This document shows positions 18,756-28,017 of a stretch of DNA of 64,000 nt, one piece after another. Source of the DNA: an uncultured bacterium (lineage in GTDB: Bacteria > Fidelibacterota > UBA2242); contig CAZNUN010000003.1 in assembly GCA_964576275.1 (NCBI GenBank), positions 69,848 to 133,847 of the forward strand. The letters run 5' to 3'. A model generated the notes under the pieces. That model did not search any database, was not told the origin of the DNA, and was given only the letters and a program-made list of their open reading frames with translations. The translations under genes were made by a program, and so were the position numbers. Within the stretch, counting starts at the first letter, position 1. Each line of letters starts with the position of its first letter.

Positions 18756-20018
18756 ATGAAAAAAATATTCGCCATGCTCGGGATCGGATTGCTCATGACC
18801 GGCAGCGTACTCGCCCAGAGCGAAGCCGGGGCGGTGTGGTTATTGATCAATCCCGGAGCGCGCTATTCCGGTATGGGCGAGGTCGGTGTAGCTATGACCG
18901 ACGACGCCTACGCCAGCTACTGGAATCCGGCAGCGCTGGGATTCCTGCGCGGCCGGGAAGCGGCGCTGACGCACACCAACTGGCTCCCGAACCTGGTCAA
19001 TGACATATACTATGAGTTTTTAGGCTATCGTCAATTTGTAAAAGATGTCGGCACTCTCGGCGGCAATGTTATTCTGATGAATCTCGGCGAACAGACCCGC
19101 ACGGATGAGTACGGCAATGAATTGGGAACCTTTAATTCCTATATGCTGGCCATAACGGGTTCATACGGCACGGCTTTATCGCGTCGATCTTCGCTCGGTA
19201 TCAGTATCAAGATGGTGCATCAGCACCTGACCGACCAGGGCGCCGGCAAGGAAAAAGGAAAAGGCTACTCAACCAATTTTTGCTTTGATGTCGCTTACCT
19301 GAAGCATCAGTTTCTGACCAAAAACCTGACCCTGGGTGTCAATTTTGCCAACATCGGGCCGAAGATCGCCTTCATCGATGTCAATCAGGCCGATCCGATG
19401 CCGACCAATATGAAAGCCGGATTGGCCTATACACTTGACGGCGAATATAATAAGCTGACCATCTCTTACGATGTCAATAAAGTTCTTGTTTCGGCCTATC
19501 CCAACCGCGATATTGACGGCGACGAACGTGTCGGCGGCTACGATGAAAACGGTCATAAGGTCTCCGGCGGTGAATATAATAAGGACGGTCAGCGGGAATA
19601 TGCCCATTCTGACGAATGGTATACCGGTATTTTTACCTCCTGGATCGATGACTGGCTATTAATTTACGATTCCGAGAATGATGGCATCGGCAAAGATGTC
19701 GGCGGTGGTTTGAATCAATATGGTGAAAAGGCCGATACGGATGGTAACACCAATGACGGATCATTGGGCGCCGAATTTAAAAAATTAACTCATAATTTTG
19801 GCATAGAATACTGGTATTCGGATCTGTTCGCGATCCGGGTCGGAGGGATTTATGACAAGACCGGGAACATTACCATGAAAAATGGTAAATGGCCGGTTCC
19901 GACCTTCGGCGCCGGACTGCGCTGGGCCGGAATGGGATTTGACTTCGGTTATACCGCCGGCGAACCCGGACACCCGCGCCAGAATACGATGCTGTTCTCG
20001 ATGAATATCAAATTTTAG
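18756..20018 (+). CDS. T9SS PorV-like (FadL-like) outer-membrane beta-barrel
   Basis: GGAGG RBS and signal peptide. The N-terminal motif GARYSGMGEVGVAMTDDAYASYWNPAAL is characteristic of PorV/LptO-type barrels. The next gene encodes a T9SS CTD cargo protein. Confidence 0.55.
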   Translation: MKKIFAMLGIGLLMTGSVLAQSEAGAVWLLINPGARYSGMGEVGVAMTDDAYASYWNPAALGFLRGREAALTHTNWLPNLVNDIYYEFLGYRQFVKDVGTLGGNVILMNLGEQTRTDEYGNELGTFNSYMLAITGSYGTALSRRSSLGISIKMVHQHLTDQGAGKEKGKGYSTNFCFDVAYLKHQFLTKNLTLGVNFANIGPKIAFIDVNQADPMPTNMKAGLAYTLDGEYNKLTISYDVNKVLVSAYPNRDIDGDERVGGYDENGHKVSGGEYNKDGQREYAHSDEWYTGIFTSWIDDWLLIYDSENDGIGKDVGGGLNQYGEKADTDGNTNDGSLGAEFKKLTHNFGIEYWYSDLFAIRVGGIYDKTGNITMKNGKWPVPTFGAGLRWAGMGFDFGYTAGEPGHPRQNTMLFSMNIKF

Positions 20019-20076
20019 TCCGGGAGAATCAGGATCATCCGCGGTTTAGATTGTTCTATCTTATAAATCAGATTAA

Positions 20077-23000
20077 ATGCAGATAAATAAATATTTTATT
20101 AACATAATAGTCCTGTTGGCTTTTATAAGCGGATCAGCTGCGGCAATGATGGAGCCGGCTTACCGTATCGCTTCTCCATCTCAGCCGTCGATGGCGATTT
20201 CCAATCCGATCCGGATTTGCGCCCTGCGGATCAGCTTCCTGCCTGATGATGATGAGACCACCACGGGAACCGGACAGTTTCTTACAACGGTAGTTGATCA
20301 TCCCTGCGACGAGTTTGTCGTCGATCCGGCTCCGCATAACCGCGCCTATTTCCAGGATCATATCCGCTCTCTGGCGAATTATTACCAAACCGTATCGGAC
20401 GGGAAGGTAAACATTGATACCCTTAATTCAACGGTCTTTCCTTTAACGGATGACAGCAGTTTCCAGGTCGGTCATGCGATGGCTTATTATCATCCGTTCT
20501 TGGTTGAAGATTCGGTTGATTTACGCCTGAGCGAACTGTTGGTGGATGCCGTGCAGGCCGCCGATCCGGTCGTGGATTTTTCACAATTCGATCTGGTGGT
20601 GGTATTCCATGCCGGGGTCGGTCAGGATTTTGCGATTACGCTCGATCCGACGCCTTATGATATTCCGTCGGCCTATATGAACAAGAATGATTTGAAGGCC
20701 CTGTTGTCTCCCGGCGATCCGGATTTTGAAGGTCTGCCGGTTGAGAACGGGACGGCTTTTGTTACCTGTGGACTGATCCTGCCGGAGAGCCAGAATCATT
20801 TGCTTTACGATAATTACGAAGAAGTTTTCGGCAGTGGTGAATCGGTCTGCGAATATCAGTTCGGGCTGAATGGCACTTTTGCCTTCACCTTCGGTTTTTT
20901 TCTCGGGCTGCCGAGTCTCTATAATACCGAAACCGGCTATACCGGTATCGGCCGTTTCGGTTTAATGGATCAGGGTTCGGCTAACCTGAACGGTTTGGTT
21001 CCGTCTGTTCCCAACGCCTGGGAGCGTGTTTTTCTGGGTTGGGAAACGCCGGCCGTGGTCGGAAAATTTGCGGATGTCAGTCTTGAAAAAGCCGGTTCCG
21101 GCGCCGGCACGACCGTCTGGAAAATTCCTATCAACTCCCATGAATATTTTTTAATTGAAAATCGCTGCGCCTGGTTTCGCCCAGGAGTCAGTCTCGACAG
21201 CCTCCAGTATCAGATTTACATGGCGGGTGGCGAAAAGAACTGGCCGTCGGCCTTTCCGCTGATTCGGGACACCCTGAAAGCCGTGTTTTCTACGGAAACC
21301 GGAGTGATGTTATCCGTTCCGCACTATGATTACGGGATTCCCGGCTCGGGGCTCCTGATCTGGCATATTGACGAGACAATTATCAACGCCAATCTGTCCA
21401 CCAACCGGGTCAATGTCGATCGCGATCGGCGCGGCGTTGATCTGGAAGAAGGCGATGGCGCTCAGGACCTCGGCTATGACGCCGACATTCTGAATGAAGA
21501 CGTCGAAGACGGCTGGTTTTTCGATCCGTGGTTTGCCGGCAACGACGGCTTCATCGATCTTAATCCGGAATATGAGTTGGATGCGGAAAAACGGGTGGGC
21601 TTTACCCCGTACACCAATCCGTCATCCTGCAGTAACAGTTTTGCGTTTACCGGGATTTATGTTGACAGCATCGGACCAGCCGGCGAAACGATGACTTTTC
21701 GGATCACCTTGAAAAATGCGCTGGATAATTTTCCACTGATTTTTGCGAGCCAGCCGGAAGAAATCTTACCCATTGATCTGAATCCAGCCGATCAAACGGA
21801 AGAAATTCTGGTAATTGGCGACAGTCTGTGGATTTTCAGCCCTGACGGTGAACGCGTGGCGGTGTCTCCGGCCGATTCCATCAATGTGATTAGTGACAGC
21901 CTGATATTGTACGGTCTCGGGGGCGAATCCCTGTCAGCCCGCCAACTGGCCGCTGACGGACAAATTATGCTGATTGACACTCTCTACATGCCAGGATGGC
22001 AATTTTACGGCCGACCGTTACCGGTCAAGACCGGCTTGCTGTCCGCCGCGCAAAACAGCGCCCGGCAGAATTTTCTAATCTACTATCAACCGGAACTGCA
22101 TACCGTTTCGGCTTTTTCGATCGATGAGTCCATCGAAAAAATAATCGGCGGCGATGACAATCTGTTTGCGGCTACCAGTGACGAGCGGGTCAGGCGCATC
22201 CGGCTGGATCCATTTTCGGCGGAGGTCGTGAGCAACCTGCCAAAGGCGGGCGACGGCACGCTGGCGACGGCCTTTATTAACGCGGATACCTTTCCCGATC
22301 TGATCCATTGTAGTGATTCGCTCCTGACGCTGATTCTGGATATTGGAAGCGACAATGAGACCACCCTGAGCAAGATGGTGAAATTAAACGGTAATTTAGC
22401 CCTGGCTGACCTTGACGGTGACGGTAAAATCGAGATCATCGTCGCCGGCTCCAATCAGATTTATGCGTACAATGAAGAACTCACGCTTGAAAGTAATTTT
22501 CCGGTCAGCCTGCCGTTCATTCTGGGCGGCGATCAATTCGGCGTAGAATTGCTATCCGCCGATCTGGATGGCGACGACAACGGTGATATTATCATCAATA
22601 CCTCGGCGGCGCTGCTGGCATTTAATTACAAAGGCGAGCTGCTGGAAAATTTTCCTAAAGTGGTCGACTCCTCTCCAAAGCCATTGACCGGGATGCTGTT
22701 CAATACGCCTCACGGACTGGCTTATCTGGCTGCTATGCAGGCAGACGGTGCCATCGATTATTACAATCGGTTGATGGCCACTATCATCACATCTCACGCT
22801 CACGAAACGGGTGACTGGATCTGTTATGGAGGCGGCGGCAACCGCCAATTTTATTGTGCTACTGCTTCGCAGAGCGGCGCTGTTGAAGATGAGACGCTTT
22901 TAGATCAAGCCCGAACATTTAACTGGCCGAATCCGGTAAAAGACGACCACACCTTTATCCGCTATTTCCCAAATCACAATTGCGATATCACGATCACTGT

Positions 23001-23181
23001 TTATGATTTGGCGGGAAGTCTGATCGCCAGCTTCAAGGATTCGGCGCCGCTGATCGGCGAACCTAACGAGAAAGAGTGGAACACCGCCGGGGTGGCCAGC
23101 GGAGTTTATTTCGCTGTGGTGAAGGCGAAATCCGGTGCTAAAAGCGAGTCCAAGATCGTTAAAATTCTGGTGGTGAATTAA
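20077..23181 (+). CDS. T9SS-secreted protein (1034 aa): M6 immune-inhibitor-A-like domain with degenerate active site, FG-GAP/VCBS-like repeats, and a T9SS C-terminal sorting domain
   Basis: Signal peptide is present. The M6 motif HEYGHNLGLPDEY is replaced by FTFGFFLGLPSLY (nt 20881-20922). Repeats are of the form DLDGDGKIEIIVAG / DLDGDDNGDIIIN. The C-terminal 85 aa match the Por_Secre_tail (WPNPV...ITITVYDLAG...GVYFAVVKA...KIVKILVV). Confidence 0.7.
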   Translation: MQINKYFINIIVLLAFISGSAAAMMEPAYRIASPSQPSMAISNPIRICALRISFLPDDDETTTGTGQFLTTVVDHPCDEFVVDPAPHNRAYFQDHIRSLANYYQTVSDGKVNIDTLNSTVFPLTDDSSFQVGHAMAYYHPFLVEDSVDLRLSELLVDAVQAADPVVDFSQFDLVVVFHAGVGQDFAITLDPTPYDIPSAYMNKNDLKALLSPGDPDFEGLPVENGTAFVTCGLILPESQNHLLYDNYEEVFGSGESVCEYQFGLNGTFAFTFGFFLGLPSLYNTETGYTGIGRFGLMDQGSANLNGLVPSVPNAWERVFLGWETPAVVGKFADVSLEKAGSGAGTTVWKIPINSHEYFLIENRCAWFRPGVSLDSLQYQIYMAGGEKNWPSAFPLIRDTLKAVFSTETGVMLSVPHYDYGIPGSGLLIWHIDETIINANLSTNRVNVDRDRRGVDLEEGDGAQDLGYDADILNEDVEDGWFFDPWFAGNDGFIDLNPEYELDAEKRVGFTPYTNPSSCSNSFAFTGIYVDSIGPAGETMTFRITLKNALDNFPLIFASQPEEILPIDLNPADQTEEILVIGDSLWIFSPDGERVAVSPADSINVISDSLILYGLGGESLSARQLAADGQIMLIDTLYMPGWQFYGRPLPVKTGLLSAAQNSARQNFLIYYQPELHTVSAFSIDESIEKIIGGDDNLFAATSDERVRRIRLDPFSAEVVSNLPKAGDGTLATAFINADTFPDLIHCSDSLLTLILDIGSDNETTLSKMVKLNGNLALADLDGDGKIEIIVAGSNQIYAYNEELTLESNFPVSLPFILGGDQFGVELLSADLDGDDNGDIIINTSAALLAFNYKGELLENFPKVVDSSPKPLTGMLFNTPHGLAYLAAMQADGAIDYYNRLMATIITSHAHETGDWICYGGGGNRQFYCATASQSGAVEDETLLDQARTFNWPNPVKDDHTFIRYFPNHNCDITITVYDLAGSLIASFKDSAPLIGEPNEKEWNTAGVASGVYFAVVKAKSGAKSESKIVKILVVN

Positions 23182-26100
23182 TGATCGGCCGTATGCGGTG
23201 GGCGGCTGGGTTCGCGCTACTGAATCTGCTCTTTTTTTTTGACCAGGCGAGCGCGCAGTTCGGCACTTTCAATCACCCGGAGCTGCGTTGGTTGACTTTT
23301 GAAACCGCTCATTTCAAAGTGCATTACCACACGGGGGCGGAATGGACGGCGCGGCGCACCGCCGAAGTCGCCGAAACCGTTTACGGGCCGGTGACCGAAT
23401 TTTACCATTTCGAACCCGACGAAAAAACCGCTCTGATTATCAAAGATACCGACGATATTTCCAACGGCGCGGCTTATTATTATGACAACAAGATCGAAAT
23501 CTGGGCAACGCCTTTAGATTTCCCGATGCGGGGCAATCATGATTGGATTCGCGACGTGCTTACCCACGAATTCACCCATATCATTTCCCTACAGAAGGCG
23601 ATGAAGTACGGCCGTTCGCTGCCGGCATTTTATTTTCAGGTCATTGATAATGAACCTGAGAAGCGCGAAGATGTGATTTACGGCTACCCGCGCGTGATCG
23701 CTTCCTATCCGATTGCCGGGATGGTAATTCCAATGTGGCTGGCAGAGGGCATGGCGCAATATATGTTCCCCGGCACTTCCAATGATTTCTGGGATACCCA
23801 TCGCGACATGCTCTTGCGCGACCGCGTTCTGCATAAAGATTTACTAACCCTGCGGGAAATGGGTTCGTTCGGCAAACCCGGGCTGGGCAACGAAACGGTT
23901 TATAATCAGGGCTATGCTTTCGTGCGTTATCTAGCAGAACGTTTTGGCACACCGACAATTCCGAATTTATCGCAGGAACTATCCAAACCGCAGCGGATGT
24001 CGATCGAAACCGCGCTGAAAAATGTCACGGGTGTGGAGGCTGACCAAATCTATAACGACTGGAAAACGGAACTCGAGAAGAAGTATTTCCGGCAAACTGA
24101 AATTCTCCGCGCCAACGAAAAGCCCGGAGAGGCGATTCTGGCGGAAGGCACCATGCAAATGGCGCCGGAGTGGAGCGGCGATTCGCTGATCTATTATTTG
24201 TCCAATAAAGGCCGGGACTACTATTCGCAGACCGGTTTATATGTTTACGATGTCAAAACCCATAAGAGTCGCCTGCTGATCCCGCGGATTTATTCACGGG
24301 TTGCGGTGGCGCCGGATGGAAAGTGCATTTATTATTCGCGCGCCAGCGATCCGGACAAACACGGCTCGGTCTTTTTCGATATTTATTCCTGGGATACCCG
24401 GAAGCGCAAGGAAAAACGCATTACCAAAGGTTTACGCGCCTACAATCCGGCGCTTTCACCGGACGGCCAAATGATGGCCTATGTCACCGGCCGCGATGGC
24501 ACCAGTAATCTTTGCGTGATGGATATGAATACCAAATCCACCCGTCAGGTCACCCATTTTAGCGACGGTGTCGAAGTTTTCACCATTCACTGGTCGCCGG
24601 ACGGCCAAACGATCGCCTTCGACTATCTGACCGGCCACGGACGCGACCTTGCCCTGATTGAAGTGGCAACCGACTCTCTGCGCATCTTCAACAATGCAGC
24701 CTTCGATACGCGAAATCCATATTTCAGTCCGGACGGCGCCTGGCTCTATTACGCCTCGGACGAGACTGGCGTTTACAATATTTACCGGCAGGCGCTGACC
24801 GACGGCGAAAAACAGATTCTGACCAACGTCACCGGCGGCGCTTTTATGCCGACTGTCAATGCGCGGGGCGAGCTGCTATATGCGATTCTGGATAATTCCG
24901 CCTTTAAAATTGCCAGGATGAATAATCCGGAGCCCTATGACCCGGCTCTGGCAGCCTATTACGATTACGCTAAACCAGCAATGCCGGTTTCGGAACTGAA
25001 GCCGATTTCCTTTCCTCAGCCGCAAAAGTATAAAGATCAATTTGCTAAAATGTTTTTCCTGCCGCGTATTCTGATCGAATACGGCACGATCAAACCCGGT
25101 TTTTACTGCTACTCGAATGAAATCTTAAATCGTTTTAATATTTTCGGCGGCGCTTCCGTCAACCGCATCATGGACCGCGACCTGGTGCTGATGCTCGAAT
25201 ATCACCAGTGGGAACCGACTTTTTTCCTGGAATTCTACAATATCAGCCGCCATATTTTTAACCAACATACTACTTATGCTGCACGTCCTGTTACTATGGA
25301 CTATACATTTTTTTTAACAGAAGCCTATGCCGGAATTTCCAGGCCGCTTGATGGCTTCAATAATTTGCGTTTAGATTTAAAATGGGCGCGTTATCGGACA
25401 GCGGCAGAAGAAACGATTGCATCGGAAAATTATCGCGGAAGCCTGTCTTATGATTATTATCATGGTGTCGATTTCCAATTGCGCTGGCAGCTGCGCAAGA
25501 TCCTGCCGACCGTGAACGAGGATACCAATCCCGACAACGGTTTTGTGCTGGATACTTACATTTCCCGCAACTACGATAAATTTATTCAAGGCTTTGAAGT
25601 TAATGCGGATTACAGTACGCTTCAGGTCGATTTCCGCAACAATTATTACTGGCGGATCGAGCACGAAGGGAACTGGTTCCACAAATATCCGGTTTTGCGG
25701 AATCTGGTCGGTACGCTGAAATGGCGGGCGGGCTGGATTTCGAAGCCGGACGTTGATTCGTTTTTCAATTTCTTTGCGGGCGGAATGCCCGGTCTGCGCG
25801 GCTATCCTTATTACAGTCTGGAAGGGCGCAACCTGTTCAGTCTGCATTATACTTGGCGGGTGCCGATTTTCCGTCAGAAAAATTTTCAGTTAATGACATT
25901 CAATTTGCATAATGCCTTTTTAGCGACTTATATTGAAGCCGGAAACGCCTGGAATAAGGTATCCGGTTTTGCAGGTCTCGATTGGGAACAATTTAAAGCT
26001 CAGCCCGTTTCTGTCTTACGCAGTATCGCGGGTGATTTTAAAAGAGATGTAGGTTTGCAATTACGTATGAGCGGACATTCATTTTACGCCTATCCCACTT

Positions 26101-26216
26101 CGATCAGTCTGGATTGGGTTTACGGTTTGGACGCCTTCGATATCGTCAGCGGTTCGAAAACCTATTCGTATGGTCACGAATGGCGAACTTACGTCACAAT
26201 TTTATTCGGTTTATAA
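23181..26216 (+). CDS. Secreted 1011-aa fusion of an HExxH metallopeptidase-like domain, TolB-like PD40 beta-propeller repeats, and a C-terminal Omp85/BamA-like beta-barrel
   Basis: Signal peptide is present. HEFTH lies at nt 23565-23579. PD40 repeats include YSRASDPD, NPALSPDGQMMAY, HWSPDGQTIAF and NPYFSPDGAWLYY. The C-terminal roughly 400 aa show beta-strand periodicity and an Omp85 loop-6-like GGMPGLRGY motif. The start overlaps the upstream stop (TAATG). Confidence 0.65.
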   Translation: MIGRMRWAAGFALLNLLFFFDQASAQFGTFNHPELRWLTFETAHFKVHYHTGAEWTARRTAEVAETVYGPVTEFYHFEPDEKTALIIKDTDDISNGAAYYYDNKIEIWATPLDFPMRGNHDWIRDVLTHEFTHIISLQKAMKYGRSLPAFYFQVIDNEPEKREDVIYGYPRVIASYPIAGMVIPMWLAEGMAQYMFPGTSNDFWDTHRDMLLRDRVLHKDLLTLREMGSFGKPGLGNETVYNQGYAFVRYLAERFGTPTIPNLSQELSKPQRMSIETALKNVTGVEADQIYNDWKTELEKKYFRQTEILRANEKPGEAILAEGTMQMAPEWSGDSLIYYLSNKGRDYYSQTGLYVYDVKTHKSRLLIPRIYSRVAVAPDGKCIYYSRASDPDKHGSVFFDIYSWDTRKRKEKRITKGLRAYNPALSPDGQMMAYVTGRDGTSNLCVMDMNTKSTRQVTHFSDGVEVFTIHWSPDGQTIAFDYLTGHGRDLALIEVATDSLRIFNNAAFDTRNPYFSPDGAWLYYASDETGVYNIYRQALTDGEKQILTNVTGGAFMPTVNARGELLYAILDNSAFKIARMNNPEPYDPALAAYYDYAKPAMPVSELKPISFPQPQKYKDQFAKMFFLPRILIEYGTIKPGFYCYSNEILNRFNIFGGASVNRIMDRDLVLMLEYHQWEPTFFLEFYNISRHIFNQHTTYAARPVTMDYTFFLTEAYAGISRPLDGFNNLRLDLKWARYRTAAEETIASENYRGSLSYDYYHGVDFQLRWQLRKILPTVNEDTNPDNGFVLDTYISRNYDKFIQGFEVNADYSTLQVDFRNNYYWRIEHEGNWFHKYPVLRNLVGTLKWRAGWISKPDVDSFFNFFAGGMPGLRGYPYYSLEGRNLFSLHYTWRVPIFRQKNFQLMTFNLHNAFLATYIEAGNAWNKVSGFAGLDWEQFKAQPVSVLRSIAGDFKRDVGLQLRMSGHSFYAYPTSISLDWVYGLDAFDIVSGSKTYSYGHEWRTYVTILFGL

Positions 26217-26226
26217 AGGAGGTCAC

Positions 26227-27126
26227 ATGAAGCCCAGATATTTGCAAATGGCGCTGCTGTTGAGTCTGATGTTGCCGCTCTGGCTTTTCGGGCAGCCGCT
26301 GGCCGGCGACAATCCGAACATTACGGAGCGCGAGCGGGCTGTCTATAATTTAAAATATGCCCAGACCGAGCCGGATACTTTTGAATTCAGCTATCAAAAA
26401 TCACCTGGTCTGGCTTTTCTGCTATCGGCGGCCGTGCCGGGCGCCGGTGAATTTTATTCGGGAGCCAAATACCGGGCCGCGGCTTTCTTCGGCGTGGAGG
26501 TAATTTCCTGGATCGTTTATTTCAATCGTAAGAGTGTCGGCGAGCAACTCGAAAAAGATTACAAAAAGTGGGCCGACACTTACTGGAATGCCTGGAATTG
26601 GTATGCCAACGGTCTGACTCATCGGCCTTATCTGGGTATCCCCGATTCCACGGAAGAAGCCTCGCATCTGATTTACTTTGAATATAATGGGGAAGAGTAT
26701 CCATCCAACACCGATTATCTTGATGAAAACCTCAATGGCTGGGAATCGCTGCTGGAATCCGGCGAATTGGCTCCGATCAAGACCCGCGATTATTATGAAA
26801 ATATCGGCAAATACGATCAGTTCGCTTCCGGATGGGCGGATTTTAATACGATCGAAGCCGATATGGATACGAGCATTATTCCAAACAGCGCCAGGCGCTC
26901 GAATTACCTCAATCAGCGCTACGATTCCAACCAGGCTTTAAAGATGGCGACTAACTTTGCCACGGTGGTCATGTTCAATCACCTGATCAGCGCCTTTCAT
27001 GCCCAGATTGCGGCTAAACAATATCGCGGACCTGATAAAAAAGAAATTACCTGGAATGTGGGTCTGGTGACAGACTATACGTATAAAAATCCCATTCGCG
27101 GGTTGACGCTCTCCTTTGCATTTTAA
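26227..27126 (+). CDS. Hypothetical secreted / outer-membrane protein
   Basis: ATG at 26227 follows an AAGGAGG RBS. Signal peptide is present. The C-terminus ends in aromatic residues (LTLSFAF), as outer-membrane proteins often do. No known domain recognised. Confidence 0.5.
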   Translation: MKPRYLQMALLLSLMLPLWLFGQPLAGDNPNITERERAVYNLKYAQTEPDTFEFSYQKSPGLAFLLSAAVPGAGEFYSGAKYRAAAFFGVEVISWIVYFNRKSVGEQLEKDYKKWADTYWNAWNWYANGLTHRPYLGIPDSTEEASHLIYFEYNGEEYPSNTDYLDENLNGWESLLESGELAPIKTRDYYENIGKYDQFASGWADFNTIEADMDTSIIPNSARRSNYLNQRYDSNQALKMATNFATVVMFNHLISAFHAQIAAKQYRGPDKKEITWNVGLVTDYTYKNPIRGLTLSFAF

Positions 27127-27216
27127 ATCAGCGGGTGCGCAGTAATATTACCGGATTTGTATTTTAAGCAGGATAATTTCCCGATGGGAACCGACAGGAG
27201 AAAAAACAGAATACTA

Positions 27217-28017
27217 ATGAGAAAAATCTTAAACACCGCCGGGCTGACAATAGGCGGTATCCTGATAATGATGTTAAGCGGCTGTGCCTCTCAAAAACTG
27301 AAGCCGATGCCGGATTTCGACCAGCAATTCAAGGATGGTATGGCCGAGTTCAACAAGAAAAAATGGGATAAAGCCATCGAACATTTTACCTTGGTCGTCA
27401 TCAATACGCCGGGTGGCGAGCTAGCCGACGATGCTCAGTTTTATCTCGGCGAGTGTTACTTCGGCCGTAAAGAGTATCTTCTGGCAATTTCAGAATACGA
27501 GCAGGTGATCAATAGATACGCTTATAGCGAATATGTCGAAGAAGCCGCCTATAAAATTGCCCTGGCGGAACTGAAATCCTCGCCGCGCTACCAGCTCGAA
27601 CAAGAATATTCACTGAAGGCCTTGCAGAGTTTTCAGGATTTTTTAGACACTTATCCGAACAGCAGATTCAAAGCGGATGCCGAGCAGAAAATCACCGAAA
27701 TCCGCTCGAAATTAGCCCGCAAGGTTTTCGAAAGCGGACGACTGTACCGCAAACTCCAGGAGTACAGTGCGGCGATCATTTACCTGGATAAGGTTCTGGA
27801 GCAGTATTACGATACCGAATGGGCCGAGAAAGCCCGGCTGGAGAAAGCCTATTGCCTGATCCGTTTGCGCGAATTCGATCAGTATGAACTTTTACTGAAA
27901 GAAATCAGCGCTCGCGCCACGCCCCAGACCGACCCGAACGCCATTGAATATCTGCACGTTTCACACCGCAAAGAACTTCGCAGAATCGAGAAGGAACAAC
28001 GTCGGAAAGAAGAATAA
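27217..28017 (+). CDS. bamD: Outer-membrane protein assembly factor BamD (YfiO), a TPR lipoprotein
   Basis: Lipoprotein signal with lipobox LSGC. The TPR/YfiO pattern is present (DDAQFYLGECYFGRKEY...NSRFKADAEQKI). An alternative start lies at 27184. Confidence 0.75.
   Translation: MRKILNTAGLTIGGILIMMLSGCASQKLKPMPDFDQQFKDGMAEFNKKKWDKAIEHFTLVVINTPGGELADDAQFYLGECYFGRKEYLLAISEYEQVINRYAYSEYVEEAAYKIALAELKSSPRYQLEQEYSLKALQSFQDFLDTYPNSRFKADAEQKITEIRSKLARKVFESGRLYRKLQEYSAAIIYLDKVLEQYYDTEWAEKARLEKAYCLIRLREFDQYELLLKEISARATPQTDPNAIEYLHVSHRKELRRIEKEQRRKEE

Noticed and set aside
20077-23181. Calling the 1034-aa protein PorU (the T9SS sortase) because it follows a PorV-like gene.
   Set aside because: No recognisable C25/gingipain-like catalytic His/Cys region was found. 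The visible similarity is to M6-like and FG-GAP modules plus a cleavable-type CTD. Synteny alone is insufficient.
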